Assembly (NCBI GenBank): GCA_964016885.1
Contig: OZ024744.1
Location: forward strand, 133,300,001 to 133,364,000
Direction: 5' to 3'
Length of the DNA stretch: 64,000 nt
Source of the DNA: Eledone cirrhosa
Taxonomy: Eukaryota
Position numbers and translations under genes: made by a program. Positions 45,201-58,400 of this stretch are shown here, one piece after another. The stretch's first letter is position 1; each line of letters begins with the position of its first letter. The notes beneath the pieces are model-generated. The model was not told where the DNA came from, did not search any database, and saw only the letters and a program-made list of their open reading frames with translations.

Positions 45201-46052
45201 TAACTTATCCCCAACTTAACTGAACCCCAACTTAACTTAACCCCAACTTAATATAACCCCAACTTAACTTAACCCCAACTTAACTCAACCCCAACTTAAA
45301 TTAACCCCAACTTAACTTAACCCCAACTTAACTTAACCCCAACTTAATTAACCCCAACTTAAATTAACCCCAACTTAACTTAACACCAACTTAACGTAAC
45401 CCCAACTTAATTTAACCCCAACTTAAATTAACCCCAACTTAACTTGCCCCCAACTTAACTTACCCCCAACGTAACTTAACCCCAACTTAATTTAACCCCA
45501 ACTTAATTTAACCCCAACTTAACTTAACCCCAAATTAACTCAACCCCAACTTAACTCAACCCCAACTTAACTTAACCCCAACTTAACTTAACCCCAACTT
45601 AACTTAACCACAAATTAACTTAGCCCCAACTTAAATTAACCCCAACTTAACTCAACCACAACTTAACTTAACCCCGACCTAACTTAACCCCAACTTAACT
45701 TAACCCCAACTTAACTTAACCCCAACTTCACTCAACCCCAACTTAACTCAACCCCAACTTAACCCCAACTTAACTTAACCCCAACTTAAATTAACCACAA
45801 AGTTAACTTAACCCCAATTTAAATTAACCCCAACTTAACTTAACCCCAACTTAACATAACCACCACTTAATTAACCCCAACTTAACTCAACCCCAACTTA
45901 ACTTAACCCTAACTTAACTTAACCCCAACTTAACCGCAACTTAACTTAACCCCAACTTAACTTACCCCCAACTTAACTTACCCCCAACTTAACTAAACCC
46001 CAACTTAAGTTAAGCCTAACTTAACTTAACGCCAACTTAACTTAACCCCGAC

Positions 46053-46228
46053 TTAGGGCTTAAGTTAAGTTGGGGCTAAGTTAAGTTGGGGTTAAGTCAA
46101 GTTGGAAGTTGTGGTTGAGTGAAGTTGGGGTTAAGTTAAGTTGGGGTTGAGTGAAGTTGGGGTTAAGTTAAGTTGGGGTTGAGTTACGTTGGGGTTGAGT
46201 GAAGTTGGGGTTAAGTTAAGTTGGGGTT
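46053..46228 (-). repeat. Inverted island 6 (176 bp)
   Basis: Same junctions and markers as island 2. Confidence 0.96.
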
Positions 46229-49200
46229 AACCCCAACTTAACTTAACCCCAACTTAACTTAACCCCAACTTAACTTAACCCCAACTTAACTTAACCCCAA
46301 CATAACTTAACCCCAACTTAAATTAACCCCAACTTAACTTAAACTCAACTTAACTAACCAACTTAACTTAACCCCAACTTAACTTAACCCCAACTTAACT
46401 TAACCCCAACTTAACTTAACCCCAACTTAACTTAACCCCAACTTAAATTAACCCCAACTTAACTTAACCCCAACTTAACTTAACCCCGACTTAACTTAAC
46501 CCCAACTTAACTTAACCCCAACTTAACTTAGCCCCAACTTAACTTAGCCCCAACTTAACTTAGCCCCAACTTAACTTAACCCCAACTTAACATAACCGCA
46601 CCTTAACTTAACCTCAACTTAACTTAACTGCAACTTAACTTAACCCCAACTTAACTTAACCCCAACTTAACTCAACACCAACTTAACTCAACCCCAACTT
46701 AACTCAACCCCAATTTAACTCAACCCCAACTTAACTCAACCCCAACTTAACTTAACCCCAACTTAACTGAACCCTAACTTAACTTAACCCCGACTTAAAT
46801 TAAGCCCAACTTAACTTAACCCCAACTTAACTCAGCCCCAACTTAACTTAGCCCTAACTTAACTTAACCCCAACTTAACTTAACCCCAACTTAATTAACC
46901 CCAACTTAAATTAACCCCAACTTAACTTAACACCAACTTAACGTAACCCCATCTTAAATAAACCCCAACTTAAATTAACCCCAACTTAACTTAACCCCAA
47001 CTTAACTTAACCCCAACTTAACTCAGCCCCAACTTAACTTAGCCCCAACTTAACTTAACCCCAACTTAACTTAACCCCAACTTAACTTAACCCCAACTTA
47101 ACTTATCCCCAACTTAACTTAACCCCAACTTAACTTAAACCCAACTTAACTTAACCCCAACTTAAACTATCCCCAACTTAACTTATCCCCAACTTAACTT
47201 AACCCCAACTTAACTTAACCCCAACTTAATTTAACCCCAACTTAATTTAACCCCAACTTAACTTAACCTCAACTTAACTTAACCCCAACTTAACTTAACC
47301 CCAACTTAACTTAACCCCAACTTAAATTAGCCCCAACTTAACTTAACCCCAACTTAAATTAACCCCAACTTAACTTAACCCCAACTTAACTTAACCCCGA
47401 CTTAAATTAACCCCAACTTAACTTAACCCCAACTTAACTTAACCCCAACTTAACTTAACCACAAATTAACTTAACCCCAACTTAACTTAACCCCAACTTA
47501 ACTTAACCCCAACTTAACTTAACCCCAACTTAACTTAAACCTAACTTAACTTAACCCCAACTTAACCCCAACTTAACTTGACCCCAACTTAACTTAACCC
47601 CAACTTAACTCAACCCCAACTTAACTTAACCCCAACTTCACTCAGCCCCAACTTAACTCAGCCCCAACTTAACTTAGCCCCAACTTAACTTAACACCAAC
47701 TTAACTTAACCCCAACTTAACTTAACCCCAACTTAACTTAACCCCAACTTAACTCAACCCCAACTTAACTTAACCCCAACTTAACTCAGCCCCAACTTAA
47801 CTCAGCCCCAACTTAACTTAGCCCCAACTTAACTTAACACCAACTTAACTTAACCCCAACTTAACTTAACCCCAACTTAACTTAACCCCAACTTAACTTA
47901 TCCCCAACTTAACTGAACCCCAACTTAACTTAACCCCAACTTAATATAACCCCAACTTAACTTAACCCCAACTTAACTCAACCCCAACTTAAATTAACCC
48001 CAACTTAACTTAACCCCAACTTAACTTAACCCCAACTTAATTAACCCCAACTTAAATTAACCCCAACTTAACTTAACACCAACTTAACGTAACCCCAACT
48101 TAACTTAACCCCAACTTAACTTAAACCTAACTTAACTTAACCCCAACTTAACCCCAACTTAACTTGACCCCAACTTAACTTAACCCCAACTTAACTCAAC
48201 CCCAACTTAACTTAACCCCAACTTAACTCAGCCCCAACTTAACTCAGCCCCAACTTAACTTAGCCCCAACTTAACTTAACACCAACTTAACTTAACCCCA
48301 ACTTAACTTAACCCCAACTTAACTTAACCCCAACTTAACTTATCCCCAACTTAACTGAACCCCAACTTAACTGAACCCCAACTTAAATTAACCCCAACTT
48401 AACTTAACCCCAACTTAACTTAACCCCAACTTAACTCAACACCAACTTAACTCAACCCCAACTTAACTCAACCCCAATTTAACTCAACCCCAACTTAACT
48501 CAACCCCAACTTAACTTAACCCCAACTTAACTGAACCCTAACTTAACTTAACCCCGACTTAACTTAACCCCGACTTAACTTAACCCCAACTTAACTTAAC
48601 CCCAACTTAACTTAACCCCAACTTAACTTAACCCCAACTTAATTTAACCCTATCTTAACCCCAACTTAACTTAACCCCAACTTAACTGAACCCCAACTTA
48701 AATTAACCCCAACTTAAATAAACCCCAACTTAACTTAACCCCAACTTAACTTAACCCCAACTTAACTTAACCCCAACTTAACTCAGCCCCAACTTAACTT
48801 AGCCCCAACTTAACTTAACCCCAACTTAACTTAACCCCAACTTAACTTAACCCCAACTTAACTTAACCCCAACTTAACTTAAACCCAACTTAACTTAACC
48901 CCAACTTAAATTATCCCCAACTTAACTTATCCCCAACTTAACTTAACCCCAACTTAATTTAACCCCAACTTAACTTAACCCCAACTTAATTTAACCCCAA
49001 CTTAACTTAACCTCAACTTAACTTAACCCCAACTTAACTTAACCCCATCTTAACTTAACCCCAACTTAACTTAACCCCAACTTAACTTAACCCCAACTTA
49101 ACCCCAACTTAAATTAACCCCAACTTAACTTAACCCCAACTTAACTTAACCCCAACTTAATTAACCCCAACTTAAATTAACCCCAACTTAACTTAACACC

Positions 49201-51369
49201 AACTTAACGTAACCCCAACTTAACTTAACCCCAACTTAACTTAAACCTAACTTAACTTAACCCCAACTTAACCCCAACTTAACTTGACCCCAACTTAACT
49301 TAACCCCAACTTAACTCAACCCCAACTTAACTTAACCCCAACTTAACTCAGCCCCAACTTAACTCAGCCCCAACTTAACTTAGCCCCAACTTAACTTAAC
49401 ACCAACTTAACTTAACCCCAACTTAACTTAACCCCAACTTAACTTAACCCCAACTTAACTTATCCCCAACTTAACTGAACCCCAACTTAACTGAACCCCA
49501 ACTTAAATTAACCCCAACTTAACTTAACCCCAACTTAACTTAACCCCAACTTAACTCAACACCAACTTAACTCAACCCCAACTTAACTCAACCCCAATTT
49601 AACTCAACCCCAACTTAACTCAACCCCAACTTAACTTAACCCCAACTTAACTGAACCCTAACTTAACTTAACCCCGACTTAACTTAACCCCGACTTAACT
49701 TAACCCCAACTTAACTTAACCCCAACTTAACTTAACCCCAACTTAACTTAACCCCAACTTAATTTAACCCCATCTTAACCCCAACTTAACTTAACCCCAA
49801 CTTAACTGAACCCCAACTTAAATTAACCCCAACTTAAATAAACCCCATCTTAACTTAACCCCAACTTAACTTAACCCCAACTTAACTTAACCCCAACTTA
49901 ACTCAGCCCCAACTTAACTTAGCCCCAACTTAACTTAACCCCAACTTAACTTAACCCCAACTTAACTTAACCCCAACTTAACTTAACCCCAACTTAACTT
50001 AACCCCAACTTAACTTAAACCCAACTCAACTTAACCCCAACTTAAATTATCCCCAACTTAACTTATCCCCAACTTAACTTAACCCCAACTTAACTTAACC
50101 CCAACTTAACTTAACCCCAACTTAATTTAACCCCAACTTAACTTAACCTCAACTTAACTTAACCCCAACTTAACTTAACCCCATCTTAACTTAACCCCAA
50201 CTTAACTTAACCCCAACTTAACTTAACCCCAACTTAAATTAACCCCAACTTAACTTAACCCCAACTTAACTTAACCCCGACTTAACTTAACCCCAACTTA
50301 ACTTAACCCCAACTTAACTTAACCCCAACTTAACCCCAGCTTAACTTGACCCCAACTTAACTTAACCCCAACTTAACTCAACCCCAACTTAACTTAACCC
50401 CAACTTAACTCAGCCCCAACTTAACTCAGCCCCAACTTAACTTAGCCCCAACTTAACTTAACACCAACTTAACTTAACCCCACCTTAACTTAACCCCAAC
50501 TTAACTTAACCCCAACTTAACTTATCCCCAACTTAACTGAACCCCAACTTAACTTAACCCCAACTTAATATAACCCCAACTTAACTTAACCCCAACTTAA
50601 CTCAACCCCAACTTAAATTAACCCCAACTTAACTTAACCCCAACTTAACTTAACCCCAACTTAATTAACCCCAACTTAAATTAACCCCAACTTAACTTAA
50701 CACCAACTTAACGTAACCCCAACTTAATTTAACCCCAACTTAAATTAACCCCAACTTAACTTGCCCCCAACTTAACTTACCCCCAACGTAACTTAACCCC
50801 AACTTAATTTAACCCCAACTTAATTTAACCCCAACTTAACTTAACCCCAAATTAACTCAACCCCAACTTAACTCAACCCCAACTTAACTTAACCCCAACT
50901 TAACTTAACCCCAACTTAACTTAACCACAAATTAAATTAGCCCCAACTTAAATTAACCCCAACTTAACTCAACCACAACTTAACTTAACCCCGACCTAAC
51001 TTAACCCCAACTTAACTTAACCCCAACTTAACTTAACCCCAACTTCACTCAACCCCAACTTAACTCAACCCCAACTTAACCCCAACTTAACTTAACCCCA
51101 ACTTAAATTAACCACAAAGTTAACTTAACCCCAATTTAAATTAACCCCAACTTAACTTAACCCCAACTTAACATAACCACCACTTAATTAAACCCAACTT
51201 AACTCAACCCCAACTTAACTTAACCCTAACTTAACTTAACCCCAACTTAACCGCAACTTAACTTAACCCCAACTTAACTTACCCCCAACTTAACTTACCC
51301 CCAACTTAACTGAACCCCAACTTAAGTTAAGCCTAACTTAACTTAACGCCAACTTAACTTAACCCCGAC

Positions 51370-51545
51370 TTAGGGCTTAAGTTAAGTTGGGGCTAAGTTA
51401 AGTTGGGGTTAAGTCAAGTTGGAAGTTGTGGTTGAGTGAAGTTGGGGTTAAGTTAAGTTGGGGTTGAGTGAAGTTGGGGTTAAGTTAAGTTGGGGTTGAG
51501 TTACGTTGGGGTTGAGTGAAGTTGGGGTTAAGTTAAGTTGGGGTT
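51370..51545 (-). repeat. Inverted island 7 (176 bp)
   Basis: Same junctions and markers as island 2. Confidence 0.96.
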
Positions 51546-54500
51546 AACCCCAACTTAACTTAACCCCAACTTAACTTAACCCCAACTTAACTTAACCCCA
51601 ACTTAACTTAACCCCAACATAACTTAACCCCAACTTAAATTAACCCCAACTTAACTTAAACTCAACTTAACTAACCAACTTAACTTAACCCCAACTTAAC
51701 TTAACCCCAACTTAACTTAACCCCAACTTAACTTAACCCCAACTTAAATTAACCCCAACTTAACTTAACCCCAACTTAACTTAACCCCGACTTAACTTAA
51801 CCCCAACTTAACTTAACCCCAACTTAACTTAGCCCCAACTTAACTTAGCCCCAACTTAACTTAGCCCCAACTTAACTTAACCCCAACTTAACATAACCGC
51901 ACCTTAACTTAACCTCAACTTAACTTAACTGCAACTTAACTTAACCCCAACTTAACTTAACCCCAACTTAACTCAACACCAACTTAACTCAACCCCAACT
52001 TAACTCAACCCCAATTTAACTCAACCCCAACTTAACTCAACCCCAACTTAACTTAACCCCAACTTAACTGAACCCTAACTTAACTTAACCCCGACTTAAA
52101 TTAAGCCCAACTTAACTTAACCCAACTTAACTCAGCCCCAACTTAACTTAGCCCTAACTTAACTTAACCCCAACTTAACTTAACCCCAACTTAATTAACC
52201 CCAACTTAAATTAACCCCAACTTAACTTAACACCAACTTAACGTAACCCCATCTTAAATAAACCCCAACTTAAATTAACCCCAACTTAACTTAACCCCAA
52301 CTTAACTTAACCCCAACTTAACTCAGCCCCAACTTAACTTAGCCCCAACATAACTTAACCCCAACTTAACTTAACCCCAACTTAACTTAACCCCAACTTA
52401 ACTTATCCCCAACTTAACTTAACCCCAACTTAACTTAAACCCAACTTAACTTAACCCCAACTTAAACTATCCCCAACTTAACTTATCCCCAACTTAACTT
52501 AACCCCAACTTAACTTAACCCCAACTTAACTTAACCCCAACTTAATTTAACCCCAACTTAACTTAACCTCAACTTAACTTAACCCCAACTTAACTTAACC
52601 CCAACTTAACTTAACCCCAACTTAAATTAGCCCCAACTTAACTTAACCCCAACTTAACTTAACCCCGACTTAAATTAACCCCAACTTAACTTAACCCCAA
52701 CTTAACTTAACCCCAACTTAACTTAACCACAAATTAACTTAACCCCAACTTAACTTAATCCCAACTTAACTTAACCCCAACTTAACTTAACCCCAACTTA
52801 ACTTAAACCTAACTTGACTTAACCCCAACTTAACCCCAACTTAACTTGACCCCAACTTAACTTAACCCCAACTTAACTCAACCCCAACTTAACTTAACCC
52901 CAACTTCACTCAGCCCCAACTTAACTCAGCCCCAACTTAACTTAGCCCCAACTTAACTTAACACCAACTTAACTTAACCCCAACTTAACTTAACCCCAAC
53001 TTAACTTAACCCCAACTTAACTCAACCCCAACTTAACTGAACCCCAACTTAACTTAACCCCAACTTAATATAACCCCAACTTAACTTAACCCCAACTTAA
53101 CTCAACCCCAACTTAAATTAACCCCAACTTAACTTAACCCCAACTTAACTTAACCCCAACTTAATTAACCCCAACTTAAATTAACCCCAACTTAACTTAA
53201 CACCAACTTAACGTAACCCCAACTTAACTTAACCCCAACTTAACTTAAACCTAACTTAACTTAACCCCAACTTAACCCCAACTTAACTTGACCCCAACTT
53301 AACTTAACCCCAACTTAACTCAACCCCAACTTAACTTAACCCCAACTTAACTCAGCCCCAACTTAACTCAGCCCCAACTTAACTTAGCCCCAACTTAACT
53401 TAACACCAACTTAACTTAACCCCAACTTAACTTAACCCCAACTTAACTTAACCCCAACTTAACTTATCCCCAACTTAACTGAACCCCAACTTAACTGAAC
53501 CCCAACTTAAATTAACCCCAACTTAACTTAACCCCAACTTAACTTAACCCCAACTTAACTCAACACCAACTTAACTCAACCCCAACTTAACTCAACCCCA
53601 ATTTAACTCAACCCCAACTTAACTCAACCCCAACTTAACTTAACCCCAACTTAACTGAACCCTAACTTAACTTAACCCCGACTTAACTTAACCCCGACTT
53701 AACTTAACCCCAACTTAACTTAACCCCAACTTAACTTAACCCCAACTTAACTTAACCCCAACTTAATTTAACCCTATCTTAACCCCAACTTAACTTAACC
53801 CCAACTTAACTGAACCCCAACTTAAATTAACCCCAACTTAAATAAACCCCAACTTAACTTAACCCCAACTTAACTTAACCCCAACTTAACTTAACCCCAA
53901 CTTAACTCAGCCCCAACTTAACTTAGCCCCAACTTAACTTAACCCCAACTTAACTTAACCCCAACTTAACTTAACCCCAACTTAACTTAACCCCAACTTA
54001 ACTTAACCCCAACTTAACTTAAACCCAACTTAACTTAACCCCAACTTAAATTATCCCCAACTTAACTTATCCCCAACTTAACTTAACCCCAACTTAACTT
54101 AACCCCAACTTAACTTAACCCCAACTTAATTTAACCCCAACTTAACTTAACCTCAACTTAACTTAACCCCAACTTAACTTAACCCCATCTTAACTTAACC
54201 CCAACTTAACTTAACCCCAACTTAACTTAACCCCAACTTAAATTAACCCCAACTTAACTTAACCCCAACTTAACTTAACCCCGACTTAACTTAACCCCAA
54301 CTTAACTTAACCCCAACTTAACTTAACCCCAACTTAATCCCAACTTAACTTGACCCCAACTTAACTTAACCCCAACTTAACTCAACCCCAACTTAACTTA
54401 ACCCCAACTTAACTCAGCCCCAACTTAACTCAGCCCCAACTTAACTTAGCCCCAACTTAACTTAACACCAACTTAACTTAACCCCACCTTAACTTAACCC

Positions 54501-55322
54501 CAACTTAACTTAACCCCAACTTAACTTATCCCCAACTTAACTGAACCCCAACTTAACTTAACCCCAACTTAATATAACCCCAACTTAACTTAACCCCAAC
54601 TTAACTCAACCCCAACTTAAATTAACCCCAACTTAACTTAACCCCAACTTAACTTAACCCCAACTTAATTAACCCCAACTTAAATTAACCCCAACTTAAC
54701 TTAACACCAACTTAACGTAACCCCAACTTAATTTAACCCCAACTTAAATTAACCCCAACTTAACTTGCCCCCAACTTAACTTACCCCCAACGTAACTTAA
54801 CCCCAACTTAATTTAACCCCAACTTAATTTAACCCCAACTTAACTTAACCCCAAATTAACTCAACCCCAACTTAACTCAACCCCAACTTAACTTAACCCC
54901 AACTTAACTTAACCCCAACTTAACTTAACCACAAATTAACTTAGCCCCAACTTAAATTAACCCCAAGTTAACTCAACCACAACTTAACTTAACCCCGACC
55001 TAACTTAACCCCAACTTAACTTAACCCCAACTTAACTTAACCCCAACTTCACTCAACCCCAACTTAACTCAACCCCAACTTAACCCCAACTTAACTTAAC
55101 CCCAACTTAAATTAACCACAAAGTTAACTTAACCCCAATTTAAATTAACCCCAACTTAACTTAACCCCAACTTAACATAACCACCACTTAATTAACCCCA
55201 ACTTAACTCAACCCCAACTTAACTTAACCCTAACTTAACTTAACCCCAACTTAACCGCAACTTAACTTAACCCCAACTTAACTTACCCCCAACTTAACTT
55301 ACCCCCAACTTAACTGAACCCC

Positions 55323-55414
55323 AACTTAAGTTAAGCCTAACTTAACTTAACGCCAACTTAACTTAACCCCGACTTAGGGCTTAAGTTAAGTTGGGGCTAA
55401 GTTAAGTTGGGGTT
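55323..55414. other. Main strand-switch (inversion) junction of the array
   Basis: AACTTAAGTTAAGCCTAA...AACGCC...CCCCGAC|TTAGGGCTTAAGTTAAGTTGGGGCTAAGTTAAGTTGGGGTT. It matches the island entries up to about 55,414, then diverges and never reverts. Confidence 0.95.
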
Positions 55415-58400
55415 GATTTAAGTTGGGGTTGAGTTAAATTAGGGTGGAGTTAAGATGGGGTTGAGTTAAGTTGGTGTTGAGTTAAGTTAGGGTTAAGTTA
55501 AGTTGGGGTTAAGTTAAGTTGCAGTTAAGTTAAGTTGAGGTTAAGTTAAGTTGAGGTTAAGTTAAGTTGGGGTTAAGTTAAGTTTGGGTTAAGTTGGGGT
55601 TAAATTAAGTTGGGGTTAAGTTAAGTTGGGGTTTAGTTAAGTTGGGGTTAAGTTAAGTTGGGGTTAATTTAAGTTGGGGTTAAGTTAAGTTGGGGTTAAG
55701 TTAAGTGGTGGTTATGTTAAGTTGGGGTTAAGTTAAGTTGGGGTTAATTTAAATTGGGGTTAAGTTAACTTTGTTGTTAAGTTAAGTTGGGGTTAAGTTA
55801 AGTTGGGGTTAAGTTAAGTTGGGGTTGAGTTAATTGGGGTTGAGTGAAATGGGGTTAAGTTAAGTTGGGGTTAATTTAAGTTGGGGTTAAGTTAAGTCGG
55901 GGTTAAGTAAAGTTGGGGTTGAGTTAAGTTGGGGTTAATTTAAGTTGGGGCTAATTTAATTTGTGGTTAAGTTGGGGTTAAGTTAAGTTGGGGTTAAGTT
56001 AAGTTGGGGTTGAGTTAAGTTGGGGTTGAGTTAATTTAGGGTTAAGTTAAGTTGGGGTTAAGTTAAGTTGGGTTTAAGTTAAGTTGGGGTTAAATTAAGT
56101 TGGGGTTAAGTTAAGTTGGGGGTAAGTTAAGTTGGGGGCAAGTTAAGTTGGGGTTAAGTTTAGTTGGGGTTAAATTAAGTTGGGGTTAAGTTAAGTTGGT
56201 GTTAAGTTAAGTTGGGGTTTATTTAAGTTGGGGTTAATTAAGTTGGGGTTAGGTTAAGTTGGTGTTAAGTTAAATGGGTTTATATTAAGTTGGGGTTAAG
56301 TTAAGTTGGGGTTAAGTTGAGTTGGCGTTCAGTTAAGTTGCGGTTAATTTAAGTTGGGGTTAAGTTAAGTTGGGGTTAAGTTAAGTTGGGGTTGAGTTAA
56401 TTGGTGTTGAGTGAAGTTGGGGTTAAGTTAAGTTGGGGTTAATTTAAGTTGGGGTTAAGTTAAGTCGGGGTTAAGTTAAGTTGGGGTTGAGTTAAGTTGG
56501 GGTTAATTTAAGTTGGGGCTAATTTAATTTGTGGTTAAGTTGGGGTTAAGTTAAGTTGGCGTTAAGTTAAGTTGGGGTTGAGTTAAGTTGGGGTTGAGTT
56601 AATTTAGGGTTAAGTTAAGTTGGGGTTAAGTTAAGTTGGGTTTAAGTTAAGTTGGGGTTAAATTAAGTTGGGGTTAAGTTAAGTTGGGGGTAAGTTAAGT
56701 TGGGGGCAAGTTAAGTTGGGGATAAGTTAAGTTGGGGTTAAATTAAGTTGGGGTTAAGTTAAGTTGGGGCTAAGTTAAGTTGGGGTTAAGTTAAGTTGGT
56801 GTTAAGTTAAGTTGGGGCTAAGTTAAGTTGGGGCTGAGTTAAGTTGGGGCTGAGTTAAGTTGGGGTTAAGTTAAGTTGGGGTTGAGTTAAGTTGGGGTTA
56901 AGTTAAGTTGGGGTTAAGTTAAGTTGGGGTTAAGTTAAGTTGGGGTTAAGTTAAGTTGGGGTTTAGTTAAGTTGGGGTTCAGTTAAGTTGGGGTTAAGTT
57001 AAGTTTGGGTTAAGTTGGGGTTAAATTAATTTGGGGTTAAGTTAAGTTGGGGTTTAGTTAAGTTGGGGTTAAGTTAAGTTGGGGTTAATTTAAGTTGGGG
57101 TTAAGTTAAGTTGCGGGTAATTTAAGTTGGGGTTAAGTTAAGTTGGGGTTAAGTTAAGTTGGGGTTAAGTTAAGTTGGGGGTAAGTTAAGTTGGGGGTAA
57201 GTTAAGTTGAGGGTAATTTAAGTTGGGGTTAAGTTAAGATATGGTTAAGTTAAATTGGGGTTGAGTTAAGTTGGGGTTAAGTTAAGTTGGGGTTATGTTA
57301 AGTTGGGGTTAAGTTAAGTTGCGGTTAAGTTAAATTGGGGTTAAGTTAAGTTGGGGTTAAGTTAAGTTGGGGTTAAGTTAAGTTGGGGTTAAGTTAGATT
57401 GTGGTTAAGTTAAGTTGGGGTTAAGTTAAGTTGGGGTTAAGTTAAGTTGGGGTTAAGTTAAGGCGGGGTTAAGTTGAGTTGGTGTTAAGTTAAGTTGGGG
57501 TTAAGTTAAGTTGGGGTTGAGTTAATTTGGGGTTAACTTAAGTTGGGGGTACTTAAGTTGGGTTTAAGTTAAGTGGGGTTAAGTTAAGTTGGGGTTAAGT
57601 TAAGTTGGGGTTAAGTTAAGTTGGGGTTAAGTTAGGTTGTGGTTAAGTTAAGTTGGGGGTAAGTTAAGTTGGGGGTAAGTTAAGTTGGGGTTAATTTAAG
57701 TTGGGTCTAATTAAGTTGGGGTTAAGTTAAGTTGGGGTTAAGTTAAGTTGGGGTTGAGTTAATTTGGGGTTAACTTAAGTTGGGGGTACTTAAGTTGGGT
57801 TTAAGTTAAGTGGGGTTAAGTTAAGTTGGGGGTAAGTTAAGTTGGGGGTAAGTTAAGTTGGGGTTAATTTAAGTTGGGTCAAATTAAGTTGGGGTTAAGT
57901 TAAGTTGGGGTTAAGTTAAGTTAGGGTTAAATTAAGTTGGGGTTAAGTTAAGTTGGGGTTAAATTAAGTTGGCGCTAAGTTAATTTGTGGTTAAGTTAAG
58001 TTGGGGTTAAGTTAAGTTGGGATTAAGTTAAGTTGGGGTTGAGTTAAGTTGGGGTTGAGTTAATTTAGGGTTAAGTTAAGTTGGGGTTAAGTTAAGTTGG
58101 GTTTAAGTTAAGTTGGGGGTAAGTTAAGTTGGGGGCAAGTTAAGTTGGGGTTAAGTTAAGTTGGGGTTAAATTAAGTTGGGGTTAAGTTAAGTTGGTGTT
58201 AAGTTAAGTTGGGGTTTATTTAAGTTGGGGTTAATTAAGTTGGGGTTAAGTTAAGTTGGGTTTAAGTTAAGTTGGGGTTAATTTAAGTTGGGGTTGAGTT
58301 AAGTTGGGGTTAAGTTAAGTTGGGTTTATATTAAGTTGGGGTTAAGTTAAGTTGGGGTTAAGTTAAGTTGGGGTTCAGTTATGTTGCGGTTAAGTTAAGT

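Larger units (their letters stand above)
39100..46970 (+). repeat. Near-perfect 3,936-bp tandem duplication
   Basis: ACAAATTGAC (G at 39,132 and 43,068) and islands 5 and 6 (42,117 and 46,053) both give offset 3,936. The variant ACTAAACCCC precedes only these two islands. Confidence 0.9.
1..55373 (+). repeat. Left arm: C-rich orientation (CCCCAACTTAACTTAA)n, interrupted by seven short inverted islands
   Basis: C-runs on the + strand throughout. G is nearly absent except in variants and in the islands. Confidence 0.98.

Noticed and set aside
1-55373. A bona fide telomerase-synthesised terminal tract
   Set aside because: Variants are inherited in kb-scale duplicated blocks, internal inversions are present, and no chromosome end or subtelomere is visible in the window.
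55374-55379. TTAGGG or GCCTAA as vertebrate or nematode telomere-addition seeds
   Set aside because: These are single hexamers, never tandem. They are explained as satellite variants mirrored across the hairpin, and CCCTAA variants are scattered through the array.
8169-55414. CRISPR-like array (islands as repeats, intervening blocks as spacers)
   Set aside because: The intervening blocks are 4-11 kb of the same satellite and homologous to each other. There are no unique spacers, leader or cas genes.
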